A stretch of DNA of 64,000 bases from Acidobacteriaceae bacterium (GCA_027452245.1 DAIDGW010000017.1:18483-82482), one strand, 5' to 3'. Counted from the first letter of the stretch, positions 19,708-29,722 are shown. Made by a program: numbers and translations. The notes: generated by a model from the letters alone, not told the origin.

Positions 19708-21210
19708 TTGGGGTTGAATAGGACTCAACGGCTGCGACTATTCTCCTGGCATTCATTCCGATCTTTTGGCGAACTCGGTATTGGTTGTGATCTGGTATAT
19801 CGGAATTCGCCTCGATCTTGTGGAGAGCCCTTGAGTTCTTCTAACCATCTGAAACTACTCGCGATTGATGACCGGCAAGAGAATCTGGATCTCATTCGGG
19901 CGGCTCTCGAACGCGAAGAGATCGATATCTTCACGGAAACCGACGCCGAAGCGGGGTTCTCGACATTCCTGCGGATTCGTCCACGGGTCGTGCTAGTGGA
20001 CTTGGTCATGCCCAAAATCGGCGGCATGGAACTTCTGGAGCGCATGATTGCAGTCGACCCTGGCGTGGATGTAATCCTCATCACTGCACATTACTCCGCT
20101 GCATCCGCAGTAGAAGCGATTCAAAAGGGCGCTTGCGATTACCTCACCAAACCTTTAGAGCTCAACAAGTTAAGAGCACGGATCGATGGTCTCGTAGCCG
20201 ATGCTGAGCTTCGACAAAAGACCCTCAAACTCGATCAGGAACTGGTCGACGCCTGCCAGTTTGAGGGTATGGTCGGCCGGAGCCCGTTAATGCTTGATCT
20301 CTTTGCAAAAATCCGCAGAATTGCTCCACATTTTCGCACCGTGCTGGTAACCGGAGCGACTGGCACCGGAAAGGAGCTCGTTGCGCAAGCTTTACACCGG
20401 CTGAGTCCCGCCGTTCGAGGCCGGTTTGTAGTGTGTAATTGTTCGGCGCTGGTAGAGAACCTGGCCGAAAGCGAGCTCTTCGGACATGTGCGCGGCGCCT
20501 TCACGGGCGCCGAACAGGACAAACCCGGACTATTCGAGCATGCCGACGGAGGCACGATTTTCCTGGATGAAATCGGCGAACTTACGCCGGCCATGCAGGC
20601 CAAGTTACTCCGCGTGCTGCAAAACCGGCAAACGCAAAGAGTCGGATCCTTGACCCCCAAAAACATCGATGTTCGGGTTATCGCGGCAACGCACCGCAAC
20701 CTTAAAGAGATGTCTCGCGAGGGACAATTTCGCGAGGATCTTTACTACCGACTCTCGGTAGTCGAACTCGGCGTCCCTTCGCTGGCCAATCGGCGCGAAG
20801 ATCTGCCGTTGCTGCAGCGGTTTTTCGTACAGAAGTTTTCGGCCGAGTACAAGAAACCCATCTCCGGACTGGTCCGGCGTGCACAAACCCGACTTGCAAC
20901 CTATGGATGGCCGGGCAATGTGCGCGAGTTGGAGAACGTGATCGGCAACGCGTGCATGATGACTGAGGCTAATCTCATTGATATTCAGGATCTTCCGGAA
21001 CGACTGCGGGAAGGTACAGCAGATGTCAGTTCATCAGACGAATTATTTCTGCCCCTGGAAGAGGTACAGCGTCGTCATGTGCTGCGGGTTCTGGAAGCTG
21101 TCGGAGGAAATAAGGCGCGGGCCGCCGAAGTACTAGGCATTGGCCGGGCCACCATCTATCAACTGCTCTCGCGCATGAAGGATAACGTAGGAAAGGATGA
21201 GACTGCCTGA
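19708..21210 (+). CDS. sigma-54-dependent response regulator (NtrC family)
   Basis: REC 'LLAIDDRQ...VLVDLVMPKIGG'. AAA+ domain with Walker A 'GATGTGKE', 'ESELFGH' and the 'GAFTGA' sigma-54 contact loop. Fis-type HTH 'GNKARAAEVLGIGRATIYQLL'. There is no in-frame ATG before REC; candidate starts are TTG 19708 or TTG 19831. Confidence 0.9.
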   Translation: MGLNRTQRLRLFSWHSFRSFGELGIGCDLVYRNSPRSCGEPLSSSNHLKLLAIDDRQENLDLIRAALEREEIDIFTETDAEAGFSTFLRIRPRVVLVDLVMPKIGGMELLERMIAVDPGVDVILITAHYSAASAVEAIQKGACDYLTKPLELNKLRARIDGLVADAELRQKTLKLDQELVDACQFEGMVGRSPLMLDLFAKIRRIAPHFRTVLVTGATGTGKELVAQALHRLSPAVRGRFVVCNCSALVENLAESELFGHVRGAFTGAEQDKPGLFEHADGGTIFLDEIGELTPAMQAKLLRVLQNRQTQRVGSLTPKNIDVRVIAATHRNLKEMSREGQFREDLYYRLSVVELGVPSLANRREDLPLLQRFFVQKFSAEYKKPISGLVRRAQTRLATYGWPGNVRELENVIGNACMMTEANLIDIQDLPERLREGTADVSSSDELFLPLEEVQRRHVLRVLEAVGGNKARAAEVLGIGRATIYQLLSRMKDNVGKDETA

Positions 21211-21216
21211 TCGCCA

Positions 21217-22791
21217 TTATGCTTGTGCGCGCGATACCTGTGGAGGTTGTTTTAATATTTCGCGTATGACCCGTGCCAGAGCCCGCATGGCAAACGGCTT
21301 GAGAACCACGTGCGCGCGGCCCTTTGCGACCTGCTCGTGAACAAAGGGGCTGTCGGCCGTAGCCGTCATATAGACAACCCTCGTTCTCGGTCTTTCCATC
21401 AGCAACTGTTCCGCTAGGGCTTTCCCACCGAGCTTGGGCATTTTCAAGTCCGTCACAAGCAGGTGAATTTCCTCCGAGCACGAGCGTGCAGCCGCCAGCG
21501 CTTCCTCTCCGTTTGCCGCCCGCAACACGTGGTACCCCAGACACTTCAGGTACTCGCGTGTGGTCTCCCGAAGAACCGGCTCATCTTCCGCCAGGAGAAT
21601 GGTACCGGTGCCCGACAAATCTTCGGAGCTCTCTGCCTGGCTGTAATCTGCCGTGGCATCCTCAGCCATAGGGGGAAAGTACAGTCGAAACGTCATCTCG
21701 GATTGTCCCGGAGAATCCACCCACAAAAACCCTTCACAGGCGCGAACACTGGCATACACTCCGGGAAGCCTGAGTTCCGTTCCGATCGGCCTCCTAGAGT
21801 TGTGCTTCTCCGACGCCTTCGACGCTTCGCCAGAGTCGGCCTTCGCATGCACAGAAAGCATTACGTACTCTCCAGCCGGAACTCGAAATTGGGCGTTGTT
21901 CACATTCGAGGGTAACGAGATTGCGGAGCTCTCAATCGTGATCGAGCCCGATTCGGAAATCACTTCTTTTGCATTCGATATCAAGGTCAACAAGATGCGC
22001 CCAAGCTGTACGCGGTCCGCTTTAATTTTGGGCAGTGCGGCCTGGGATCGCTGCACCTCCAATCGAATCGTCGGTCCCACCACGTTTCTCAACGTCTCTT
22101 TAAGTCCGAAGGTGATGGAGTTCAAATCGAGTAGTTCAGGCGTCAGCGGTCGTTGACCGCCGTACGCAGATAACTGCGAAGCCATGACCGCAGCCTGTTT
22201 TGTGGCAGCAAGTATGCTATCAGTATGACGTTGCACACTGTAATTGCCCCCAACCTCGTGGATGAGAAGCTCGGTGTGGCCACAGATTACGTTCAGTAAA
22301 TTCGTAAAATCATGTGCGATTCCAGCCGCAAGGCGTGCCAGGGATTCATGCTTTTCTGCTTGGACCACTTCCTTCTCGAGCAGGTATTCATCAGTGATAT
22401 CCCGATAAATCGCGAGGTGACGCCCAGGCAATACATTGGGGGTTAGCGACGTCTCAACAAAGCAGCGGCTGCCATCGCCGCGCAGTAACCACCGCCGATT
22501 TCGTTTGGTTGTCTCCGTCTTAAGTTGGCTCACCCATGAACTAAGATCGAAACCGTCTTCCATGCTTGAGCAGACATTGCGCCCAAGCAATTGAGCCCTA
22601 TCCAGGCCAAAGAGCTTGCAAGCTGCGTCATTTGCATCGATAAAACGAGCGTTACTATCGAACACGACCATCGCATCAAGTGCATTCTCAAAAAGCCGCC
22701 CGAAGTCGATTGCATCGTTTGACGGCGGTACCGTACAGTCGGTGGTCACCATCGAAAGTGCCAACCCGGGTTGTCTTGATGCCAACTTCAT
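21217..22791 (-). CDS. hybrid sensor histidine kinase (PAS - HisKA - HATPase - REC)
   Basis: PAS 'FENALDAMVVFD', H-box 'AAGIAHDFTNLLN' and C-terminal receiver 'ILLAEDEP...LLVTDLKMPKLGG'. Convergent with the sigma-54 regulator (6-nt gap). Confidence 0.85.
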   Translation of the reverse strand: MKLASRQPGLALSMVTTDCTVPPSNDAIDFGRLFENALDAMVVFDSNARFIDANDAACKLFGLDRAQLLGRNVCSSMEDGFDLSSWVSQLKTETTKRNRRWLLRGDGSRCFVETSLTPNVLPGRHLAIYRDITDEYLLEKEVVQAEKHESLARLAAGIAHDFTNLLNVICGHTELLIHEVGGNYSVQRHTDSILAATKQAAVMASQLSAYGGQRPLTPELLDLNSITFGLKETLRNVVGPTIRLEVQRSQAALPKIKADRVQLGRILLTLISNAKEVISESGSITIESSAISLPSNVNNAQFRVPAGEYVMLSVHAKADSGEASKASEKHNSRRPIGTELRLPGVYASVRACEGFLWVDSPGQSEMTFRLYFPPMAEDATADYSQAESSEDLSGTGTILLAEDEPVLRETTREYLKCLGYHVLRAANGEEALAAARSCSEEIHLLVTDLKMPKLGGKALAEQLLMERPRTRVVYMTATADSPFVHEQVAKGRAHVVLKPFAMRALARVIREILKQPPQVSRAQA

Positions 22792-23324
22792 AGCCCACCC
22801 TGAATACGCTCACGACTTACTTTCTTAATTAAACGGCCCGAAAGCCAATCTGGACGCCCTTTTCAGCTGCACGGCGGAAGCCAAACTATGTCTCCTAGGT
22901 CTCGAACGCTCCTAACCTCGATGGTTGTTGTACTTACGCCGGGGTCGCCAAGGCTGTGCAGCGCTCCCCCTATATTTCAGGCCGTTCTGCAGATGGAAAG
23001 CTGTCTTTTCCACGGACTGCCATGGAATTAAACATCCCGCGCGTCCAGTGCACAGACAGCAGTCTGTATCACGGACGCTTCCGAAAGTAAGCTCCAGCCG
23101 CATTACCGTGTGATTACCAGCCGCTAAGTAGTGCACTCAACTGCAGTTGCGCGATTCGCACGATTTCGATCCGTTCGGCCACTTCCATGCAATGTACATG
23201 CGCAGATCAGCCCTCCCCCAAATGGGCCAAGCATTAGAGCAAGAGCTTCCCCCGTTCTGCTCGGAATCACCAGATCTGCGGATCAAGATTCATGCAGGCG
23301 ATATCTGGTGAAGGAGATAAGGCA

Positions 23325-26300
23325 ATGCGACGGAATTTTTGCACGTTCACATTGGCGCTGGCAGTTTCGTTGTGTGCTTCCATGACGCACACTACAGCAC
23401 AAACGATTTCGCCGAATTCCACTAACAACAGAGTTTACGGAAAGCTTCCCATCATTTTTGAAGCCAACCAGGGACAGACGAATTTGCAAGTCAAATTTGT
23501 ATCCCGTGGGCCTGGTTACACGGCCTTTCTGACTGGTGATGGGATGGTGCTTTCCTTACGTCCGGCTCAGGCAGCAACGACCGCCCCGATGGCGGGCACA
23601 GCTGCCACGGGAACTTCGCGGCAAACGAGTGCGACCACTCTGGAGTTTCGTCTCGTAGGTGCCACCAAGAATCCCGTGGTCGTGGGAGAGAAGCCACAGC
23701 CTGGCCGGGCGAATTATTTCATCGGCAACAACCCCGCTAAGTGGCATCGCAACGTCCCAACCTATGGACAGATTCGCTACAAAAATGTCTACCCCGGAAT
23801 CGATCTCATTTACTACGGCAACCAGCAGCAGATGGAGTACGACTTTGCGGTCGCGCCGGGGGCAGATGCCAGCCGAATTCAGTTTGAAGTGAAAGGTGCA
23901 AACAGCATCGGCACCGATGAAAATGGCAACCTTCTGCTCCAGACCAAGAACGGCAATCTGCGCTTCCAACTACCGGCGATCTACCAGGAATCAAGTGGCC
24001 AGCGCAGCCCGGTGGCGGGATCCTACAATCTGATGGATGCCACTCACTTCGGATTCCAGCTGAACAAGTACGATTCCTCAAAACCGGTCGTAATCGATCC
24101 TGTGCTCCTCTACTCGACTTATTTGGGCGGCAGCGGCACGGAACAACCCTACGGCATTGCCGTGGATTCCACCGGAAGCACATACATTACTGGCTACACC
24201 GATTCAGTCGATTTTCCTCTCGCGAACCTGGGCTCGCTGCCGGCTGGCAATGATCACGTGTTTGTGGCGAAGTTGGACCCGACCGGCTCGACTCTTGTCT
24301 ATGCCGACTACCTCGGTGGCAGCGGCTACGATTACGGCTACGGACTCGCTCTCGACTCTTCAAACAACGTTTACGTCACAGGAAGCACTGAGTCGAGTGA
24401 CTTCCCTGTCGTCAATGCCCTGATGGGGACCGAACCTGGTTTCTACAGCGGCTTCGTTACCAAGATCTCGGCCGACGGCTCTTCCGTGCTGTACTCCACA
24501 TATCTCGGCGGCAACTCCTGGGATCAGCCTTCAGCGATTGCAGTTGACGGCCTGGGGCAGATCTACGTCGCTGGATCTACCGCTTCGACAAATTTTCCCA
24601 CCGCCAATGCCTATCAGTCTTCGATGTCGGCGAATCAGGGTGGTGTTTACGGATATTACGGCTTCGTCAGCAAGATCACGGCGGATGGCTCTTCGTTTGT
24701 CTATTCCACGTATTTCGGCGGTAATTCAAACGTTCAGCAAAACTGCGGCAGCCCTTGCTGGCCACAGCCTTACAACGCGGTTATGGGACTCGCCATTGAT
24801 GCCAGCGGAAACGCTTACGTAGACGGCAATACAAACACCTACAATTTTCCGACTACCCAAGGCAGCTATTTAGCTACGAACACCACACCTCAGGATGCAA
24901 CCATCGGTTTCGTTAGCAAGTTCACCAGTTCCGGAAGCCTGGGCTATTCCACCTACTTCTACGAATCGAGCGGCAATCAAACCAACCTCACTGCAATCGC
25001 TGTAGACGGTAACGGGTCAGCCTACGTAACCGGCGGTGCGCCCAGCGATGGCACGTTCCCAATAACCTCGACTTCGATCTGTGACCCTTCGGTCTACGCG
25101 ACCGGCTGCGGGCCTGCGTTTGTAACCAAGTTCGACCCGACCGCTTCGACTCTGCTTTATTCAACCTTCCTTGGACCGTACAACAATGCCAGTCCACAGT
25201 CGATTGCGGTCGATGCAAACAATAACGCGTATGTCCTGTCGAGTGCTTCCAGCACCTGGCAGGGGCAGTTCGGCATAGTGAATGGTATTCAGCCCTACAG
25301 CAACGGGAATGATCTTCTCCTGGTAGAAATCGACGCAGCCGCTTCGTCCGAACTCTTCGCCACGTACTTCGGCGGAAGCACCGACGAGTTTGCCTCCGGC
25401 CTGGCGATCGACGGTTCCGGAAACATGTATGTGTCAGGATCGACTGACAGCACCGACTTGCCCATCACCACGGGAGCGTTTCAGAGCGTGTTAGGAGGCA
25501 ACACCGACGCCCTGATTGCGAAGATCAGCCCCAGCCAGGCAGCATCTGTCTTGCTGAGCCAAACCTCGCTGCAATTCTCCGCCCTGGCTGTGGGAACGAC
25601 AAGCACGGCTCAGTCCGTCGTACTACGGAATATGGGCAGTGCAGCGCTGACATTGAAAATCACAACTACAGGAGACTTCGCGGAATCTGATAACTGCGGA
25701 ACCACCGTGGCTGGTGCCGGCAGTTGCACGTTATCGGTGACCTTCACGCCGACAGCAGCTGGCGCAAGATCGGGGTCGGTAAGCCTCCAGGACGACGCTG
25801 CCTCTTCACCCCAGGTCATTTCACTCAGCGGTATCGGCAACGGGCCGAGTGCCACTCTCTCCGTCTCAAGCTTGAACTTCGGCGCATCCTCGCTGCAAGT
25901 GTCAACCCCCGCGCAGTCCGTCACGCTCAGCAACACCGGAAATGCAGCTCTGAACATCAGCGGAATCTCAATCAGCGGGGCCTTCCAGCAGACGAACAAT
26001 TGTCCATCCGCCCTGCAGCCTTCCTCCAGTTGTGTGGCGAACGTAACGTTCAAGCCAACCACGCTCGGTACCAGCACGGGGACGCTGACATTCAGTACCA
26101 ATGCAGGCGGAACTCCGGAAACCGTAACCCTGACCGGGACCGGTCCTGATTTCGCGCTTACCGCCAATGCTCCCAACGCCACGGTCACGGCAGGCTCGAA
26201 AGCTACGTATACGATTAAAGTTGCTTCTGTCGGCGCAAGCTTCACCAATGCAGTGACTTTGGCTTGCACTGGAGCTCCGGCAAATTCTACGTGTTCGGTT

Positions 26301-26693
26301 TCGCCTTCTTCGGTGACTCCGGGTAGCACTCCGCAGACAGTCACGGTCAAAGTCAGCACGAACGCAACCGTTGCCGATGCTACACCGAACACATCGAATC
26401 CGAATCACATGTTCTATGCGATGTGGACTCAGTTCCAGGTATTTGGCCTGCTGGGCATAGTTGTCGGCGGATCCAAGAGGCGCTCACGGACAATCCGCGC
26501 GGTTGCCCTGATGCTGATCCTGATTGGAGCGATGGCTTTCGTAGGATGCGCCGGAGGTACGGGTATCGGTCCGCAGTCCCCTAACCCGAATCCTTCGTCT
26601 CCGGGAACTGCCAGTGGCACTTACACGCTGGTCATCACGGGAACATCTGGTTCTGTGCAGCACTCAGTCAACCTCACTCTTACTGTTCAGTAA
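23325..26693 (+). CDS. giant secreted SBBP-type beta-propeller / Ig-like repeat protein with C-terminal hydrophobic-hairpin module
   Basis: ATG 23325 lies 8 nt after AAGGAG. Signal peptide 'FTLALAVSLCASMTHTTAQ'. Seven repeats of the 'YSTYLGG...(A/I)(A/V)D..G..YV.G.T.S.(D/N)FP' type (about nt 24105-25490). Three or more Ig-like modules ('SLQFSALAVGTTS...LRNMGSAAL...CTLSVTFTP'). C-terminal module at 26403-26690. Confidence 0.8.
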   Translation: MRRNFCTFTLALAVSLCASMTHTTAQTISPNSTNNRVYGKLPIIFEANQGQTNLQVKFVSRGPGYTAFLTGDGMVLSLRPAQAATTAPMAGTAATGTSRQTSATTLEFRLVGATKNPVVVGEKPQPGRANYFIGNNPAKWHRNVPTYGQIRYKNVYPGIDLIYYGNQQQMEYDFAVAPGADASRIQFEVKGANSIGTDENGNLLLQTKNGNLRFQLPAIYQESSGQRSPVAGSYNLMDATHFGFQLNKYDSSKPVVIDPVLLYSTYLGGSGTEQPYGIAVDSTGSTYITGYTDSVDFPLANLGSLPAGNDHVFVAKLDPTGSTLVYADYLGGSGYDYGYGLALDSSNNVYVTGSTESSDFPVVNALMGTEPGFYSGFVTKISADGSSVLYSTYLGGNSWDQPSAIAVDGLGQIYVAGSTASTNFPTANAYQSSMSANQGGVYGYYGFVSKITADGSSFVYSTYFGGNSNVQQNCGSPCWPQPYNAVMGLAIDASGNAYVDGNTNTYNFPTTQGSYLATNTTPQDATIGFVSKFTSSGSLGYSTYFYESSGNQTNLTAIAVDGNGSAYVTGGAPSDGTFPITSTSICDPSVYATGCGPAFVTKFDPTASTLLYSTFLGPYNNASPQSIAVDANNNAYVLSSASSTWQGQFGIVNGIQPYSNGNDLLLVEIDAAASSELFATYFGGSTDEFASGLAIDGSGNMYVSGSTDSTDLPITTGAFQSVLGGNTDALIAKISPSQAASVLLSQTSLQFSALAVGTTSTAQSVVLRNMGSAALTLKITTTGDFAESDNCGTTVAGAGSCTLSVTFTPTAAGARSGSVSLQDDAASSPQVISLSGIGNGPSATLSVSSLNFGASSLQVSTPAQSVTLSNTGNAALNISGISISGAFQQTNNCPSALQPSSSCVANVTFKPTTLGTSTGTLTFSTNAGGTPETVTLTGTGPDFALTANAPNATVTAGSKATYTIKVASVGASFTNAVTLACTGAPANSTCSVSPSSVTPGSTPQTVTVKVSTNATVADATPNTSNPNHMFYAMWTQFQVFGLLGIVVGGSKRRSRTIRAVALMLILIGAMAFVGCAGGTGIGPQSPNPNPSSPGTASGTYTLVITGTSGSVQHSVNLTLTVQ

Positions 26694-26839
26694 AGAAAGT
26701 CGTCGGTTCCGTCGCCCAAGCTCCCAGGTTCTTTTTGCGGTCGTGAGTCCGGCAACTCAGCCCTCCCTCTGGCTAAGTTGCTGGGCTCCATAAAAGGAGC
26801 GATTCGGCTAAGAATGTGCCAGGACAAGAAGGAGCCACC

Positions 26840-27259
26840 TTGAAGACCTCTATGGAAAACAACAATTCCGTCCTATGTATTTGTGACACTTCTCTGGACC
26901 CGAGATATCGCAAACCGCTGGAAGCAGCTGGCTGCTCGATTGCGGATGTGATTGACAAGCGGGCCGCCATCGAAGCCGTAAGAACAGCATCTCCGAAACT
27001 GATCGTGCTCCACACAAGTTCGCCCGATGATTCTGGCCTGCAACTGCTTCGCTGCCTGAACTCCGTTCCTGAAACGGCAGAAGTTCCCGTCTTCGTCGTC
27101 AGCAATTTCTCGGAACAAAAATGTGCCAAATTATTGGATTCCGGCGCGATTGGGTTCTGCCATCGCGACCATTTCACCCGCGAAGTCTTACAGTCAGCCC
27201 TTAAAAAAGTTGAGCGGCGGTATGTTCCGCTCTCGCCACTAGCTCAATCCGCCATGTGA
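26840..27259 (+). CDS. receiver-like (pseudo-receiver) domain protein
   Basis: CheY-like alternation ('VLCICDTS', 'LIVLHTSSPDDSG', 'VFVVSNF'), but His replaces the phospho-acceptor Asp. The start is ambiguous: TTG 26840 lies 5 nt after GAAGGAG, and ATGs occur at 26816 and 26852. Confidence 0.5.
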   Translation: MKTSMENNNSVLCICDTSLDPRYRKPLEAAGCSIADVIDKRAAIEAVRTASPKLIVLHTSSPDDSGLQLLRCLNSVPETAEVPVFVVSNFSEQKCAKLLDSGAIGFCHRDHFTREVLQSALKKVERRYVPLSPLAQSAM

Positions 27260-27418
27260 TCCAACCCGCTGATCATCAACGTGAGGCGAAACTGGAACAG
27301 TCAAGGTCGCAAATGCAACCAGCTTGCTGAATACTGGGTTTCCGACCTGCTCCTTCTGTTGCTTTTCCGCCTAAGTCGACGAGCATTTTGATCCGTGCCC
27401 CGCGATCCTGGCGGAGTG

Positions 27419-29722
27419 CTACTGCGGGGAAGAACCCTGAGTTTGTGCACGCCGGCGGCCTTGCTGCTCCAGATCAGCACGGCCTTGTGCGCGGTACAAC
27501 TCCGCCAGCGTATTCCACAGGTTGCTATCCGCAGGCGACATTTCGAGCGCCTCCTGCTCAAAACCGACCGCCCGGGTCAGATTGCCGAGACTTGCCCACG
27601 CCCGCGCGCGTCCTGCGGCTACGCTGGTTTCGATCTCGATTTTCGCATCAGGTGAAGAATACTCGGAGGCCCCGGTGGCGGCATCGAAAGCGTTCAACGC
27701 ATCCAGAGGCTGGCCGGCAGCCAGGCGCAGCATGCCGAGTGAAACATAGTATCCGCTCGGCCGATCAGACAACTCTGCCGCGTTCTCCAAGGCACGAATC
27801 GCCTCCGGGTAGAGATGCTCTGAAGAGTACAACCGGCCCAAGGAATACCAGTTTGCATCCGTGGGGCTCAGTCGGGCGGAGGTCAGATACTCACGTTCCG
27901 CATCTCCGATTCGATTCGTGACCTCATAGAGTTGCCCCATAGTGTGGTGAAGAAAAGGCTCTTCGGGGAACATCTGCAGTGCGCGAGTCAGCATGCGTTC
28001 GGCTTCGGTGTAACGCGAAAGCTTGAAAAGAACGGAGCCCACATTCGCATAATAATTGAACATCTCTGCCCGCCCACGAGGAAAACCGCTGGCTGCTACC
28101 CTGTCCGCATTCCCCAAGGGAGCAGTAGCACAATCGATTCCGAGACGTCTGATAATCCCGGCATTGTCGGCAGTGTTGCGCACGAAGACGACAGAAACCT
28201 CGTCCAGGTAGACCGGCTTCCAGTTCTGGCTCGCACAGAAACTCGCCAGCGGAGCTGTTCCCAAGCCCCAGTAGCGCGCAAGCCCGAACACTGCGGTGTT
28301 AATCCCGCGCAGCGCAGCCTCTTGCTCCCAGTCCAACGAGTCGGGTGCGGCCTTCAACAGTTTCCGCTGCTGGAAAATAATATCTGCAAATGGGAGTGCG
28401 CGCCCGTCTATATAGTCCGGGTAGTGATTCCCCAGACGGAAGAGCCAATAACCGCCCAGGTTGTAGTCATGAAAGATGTTGCCAGGAAGCCGTTCTCGAA
28501 TGATGAAATCTGCGGCCCGTTCGGGATACCAACTGGAGAGTCCTGTTCCAAAAAGGGCAACGTCCCCGGCTGAGATATACGCTCGTTGTGAGAGCAAATC
28601 GAACATCCGAATGCCGGTCAACCCGATCGCCAGGCCGAGGATCAAAATGGTGCACGCAGATGCCAGTCTCTGGCGCCGCAGTTCGGCCAAACGCCGTCTC
28701 GCGGAAGTTACTACGGGTTTCCAGGATGGAAGCAGGTTTTCGAGAAATGGTGTAGCAACGACGATCACGACAATCGCAAACAGCGCCTGGAAACGCAGAT
28801 TCCGTGTGGAAAGATAGGCTGATCCCAGCAGCAGCATGGCCGGGCCCAAGGCTTTCTGTTTCAGCGCGATCAGCGCAGCTACACTAACCGCCACCAGCAA
28901 CCACCATTGACTGCTATGAGGGTTGCGCCATTGTAGGGCCTGCGACAAAGCGCTCCACGTAATTGGAATATGTCTCCACTCGGCGATAAGGTTTTCATGA
29001 ACCCCCAATTGGTGTTCTTGCTGCAATAATGCCTGGTAAATTCTCCAGCCCCACGGATTTGATAGTGTCGCCGGAACGCACGCCAGGAACCAAGGAACTG
29101 CACGGCGCAGCCGAAGCATCGCCCCTTCCCGCCTGTCCGGGAAAGCAGCATTCAGCCACTCCGCAGCCATGCAGACGGCGATTAGTGCCAGCCCGGATAC
29201 AAATCCCAGATGAGTATTCGCCCAAAACAAAAAAATAATGGGCATCAGCCAGAGTGGTGCGGGCCGGCCGCGAAAATGTTTCCACAATAATGCCAGCAGT
29301 ACAGCAAAGAGCAATGAAGTAAACAGATCGGCGCGGGGAGCAGTACGCGAGGCAATCTGTGGAACTCCAAAAACTGCCAGAATGGCAGCGGTAGTTCCAC
29401 CCTCGCCCCACAGCGCAATGCCGACAACTCCCGAGCAGGCCAAAGCGTTCAGTAATGACAATCCAGCGAATCCGCCGAGAAGATAAATCCCGTACAGGAA
29501 TATCTCCGCCAGCGGAGGATAGATCCAGGGACGGCCGCGTGCCGTATAAGAGAAAACGTCTGTCGACGGGATCTGCCGGTGCTCCAGAAGATATCGCCCG
29601 CTCGCCAATTGCCACCCTGTGTCGGGATCAGTGACCGTGTGCAGACCTGCGACGAACGCGTAAGCCAGCACCATGATCACAATCGTTCGTCGTAAGAGGC
29701 GGACTTGTAATTCGAGATTCAT
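27419..29722 (-). CDS. polytopic membrane protein with C-terminal TPR repeats (GT-C / ArnT-PMT-like N-domain, tentative)
   Basis: 767 aa. The N-terminal ~480 aa have ≥10 hydrophobic helices. The C-terminal ~250 aa are TPR-like ('AERMLTRALQMFPEEPFLHHTMGQLY', 'AIRALENAAELSDRPSGYYVSLGML'). Confidence 0.65.
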   Translation of the reverse strand: MNLELQVRLLRRTIVIMVLAYAFVAGLHTVTDPDTGWQLASGRYLLEHRQIPSTDVFSYTARGRPWIYPPLAEIFLYGIYLLGGFAGLSLLNALACSGVVGIALWGEGGTTAAILAVFGVPQIASRTAPRADLFTSLLFAVLLALLWKHFRGRPAPLWLMPIIFLFWANTHLGFVSGLALIAVCMAAEWLNAAFPDRREGAMLRLRRAVPWFLACVPATLSNPWGWRIYQALLQQEHQLGVHENLIAEWRHIPITWSALSQALQWRNPHSSQWWLLVAVSVAALIALKQKALGPAMLLLGSAYLSTRNLRFQALFAIVVIVVATPFLENLLPSWKPVVTSARRRLAELRRQRLASACTILILGLAIGLTGIRMFDLLSQRAYISAGDVALFGTGLSSWYPERAADFIIRERLPGNIFHDYNLGGYWLFRLGNHYPDYIDGRALPFADIIFQQRKLLKAAPDSLDWEQEAALRGINTAVFGLARYWGLGTAPLASFCASQNWKPVYLDEVSVVFVRNTADNAGIIRRLGIDCATAPLGNADRVAASGFPRGRAEMFNYYANVGSVLFKLSRYTEAERMLTRALQMFPEEPFLHHTMGQLYEVTNRIGDAEREYLTSARLSPTDANWYSLGRLYSSEHLYPEAIRALENAAELSDRPSGYYVSLGMLRLAAGQPLDALNAFDAATGASEYSSPDAKIEIETSVAAGRARAWASLGNLTRAVGFEQEALEMSPADSNLWNTLAELYRAQGRADLEQQGRRRAQTQGSSPQ

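Noticed and set aside
25610-26408. Two long minus-strand ORFs (260 aa and 146 aa) inside the SBBP giant gene
   Set aside because: They are antisense to a continuous 1122-aa frame with repeat architecture and a signal peptide. Their composition (Val/Ala/Thr mirror or Arg-rich) is typical of shadow frames.
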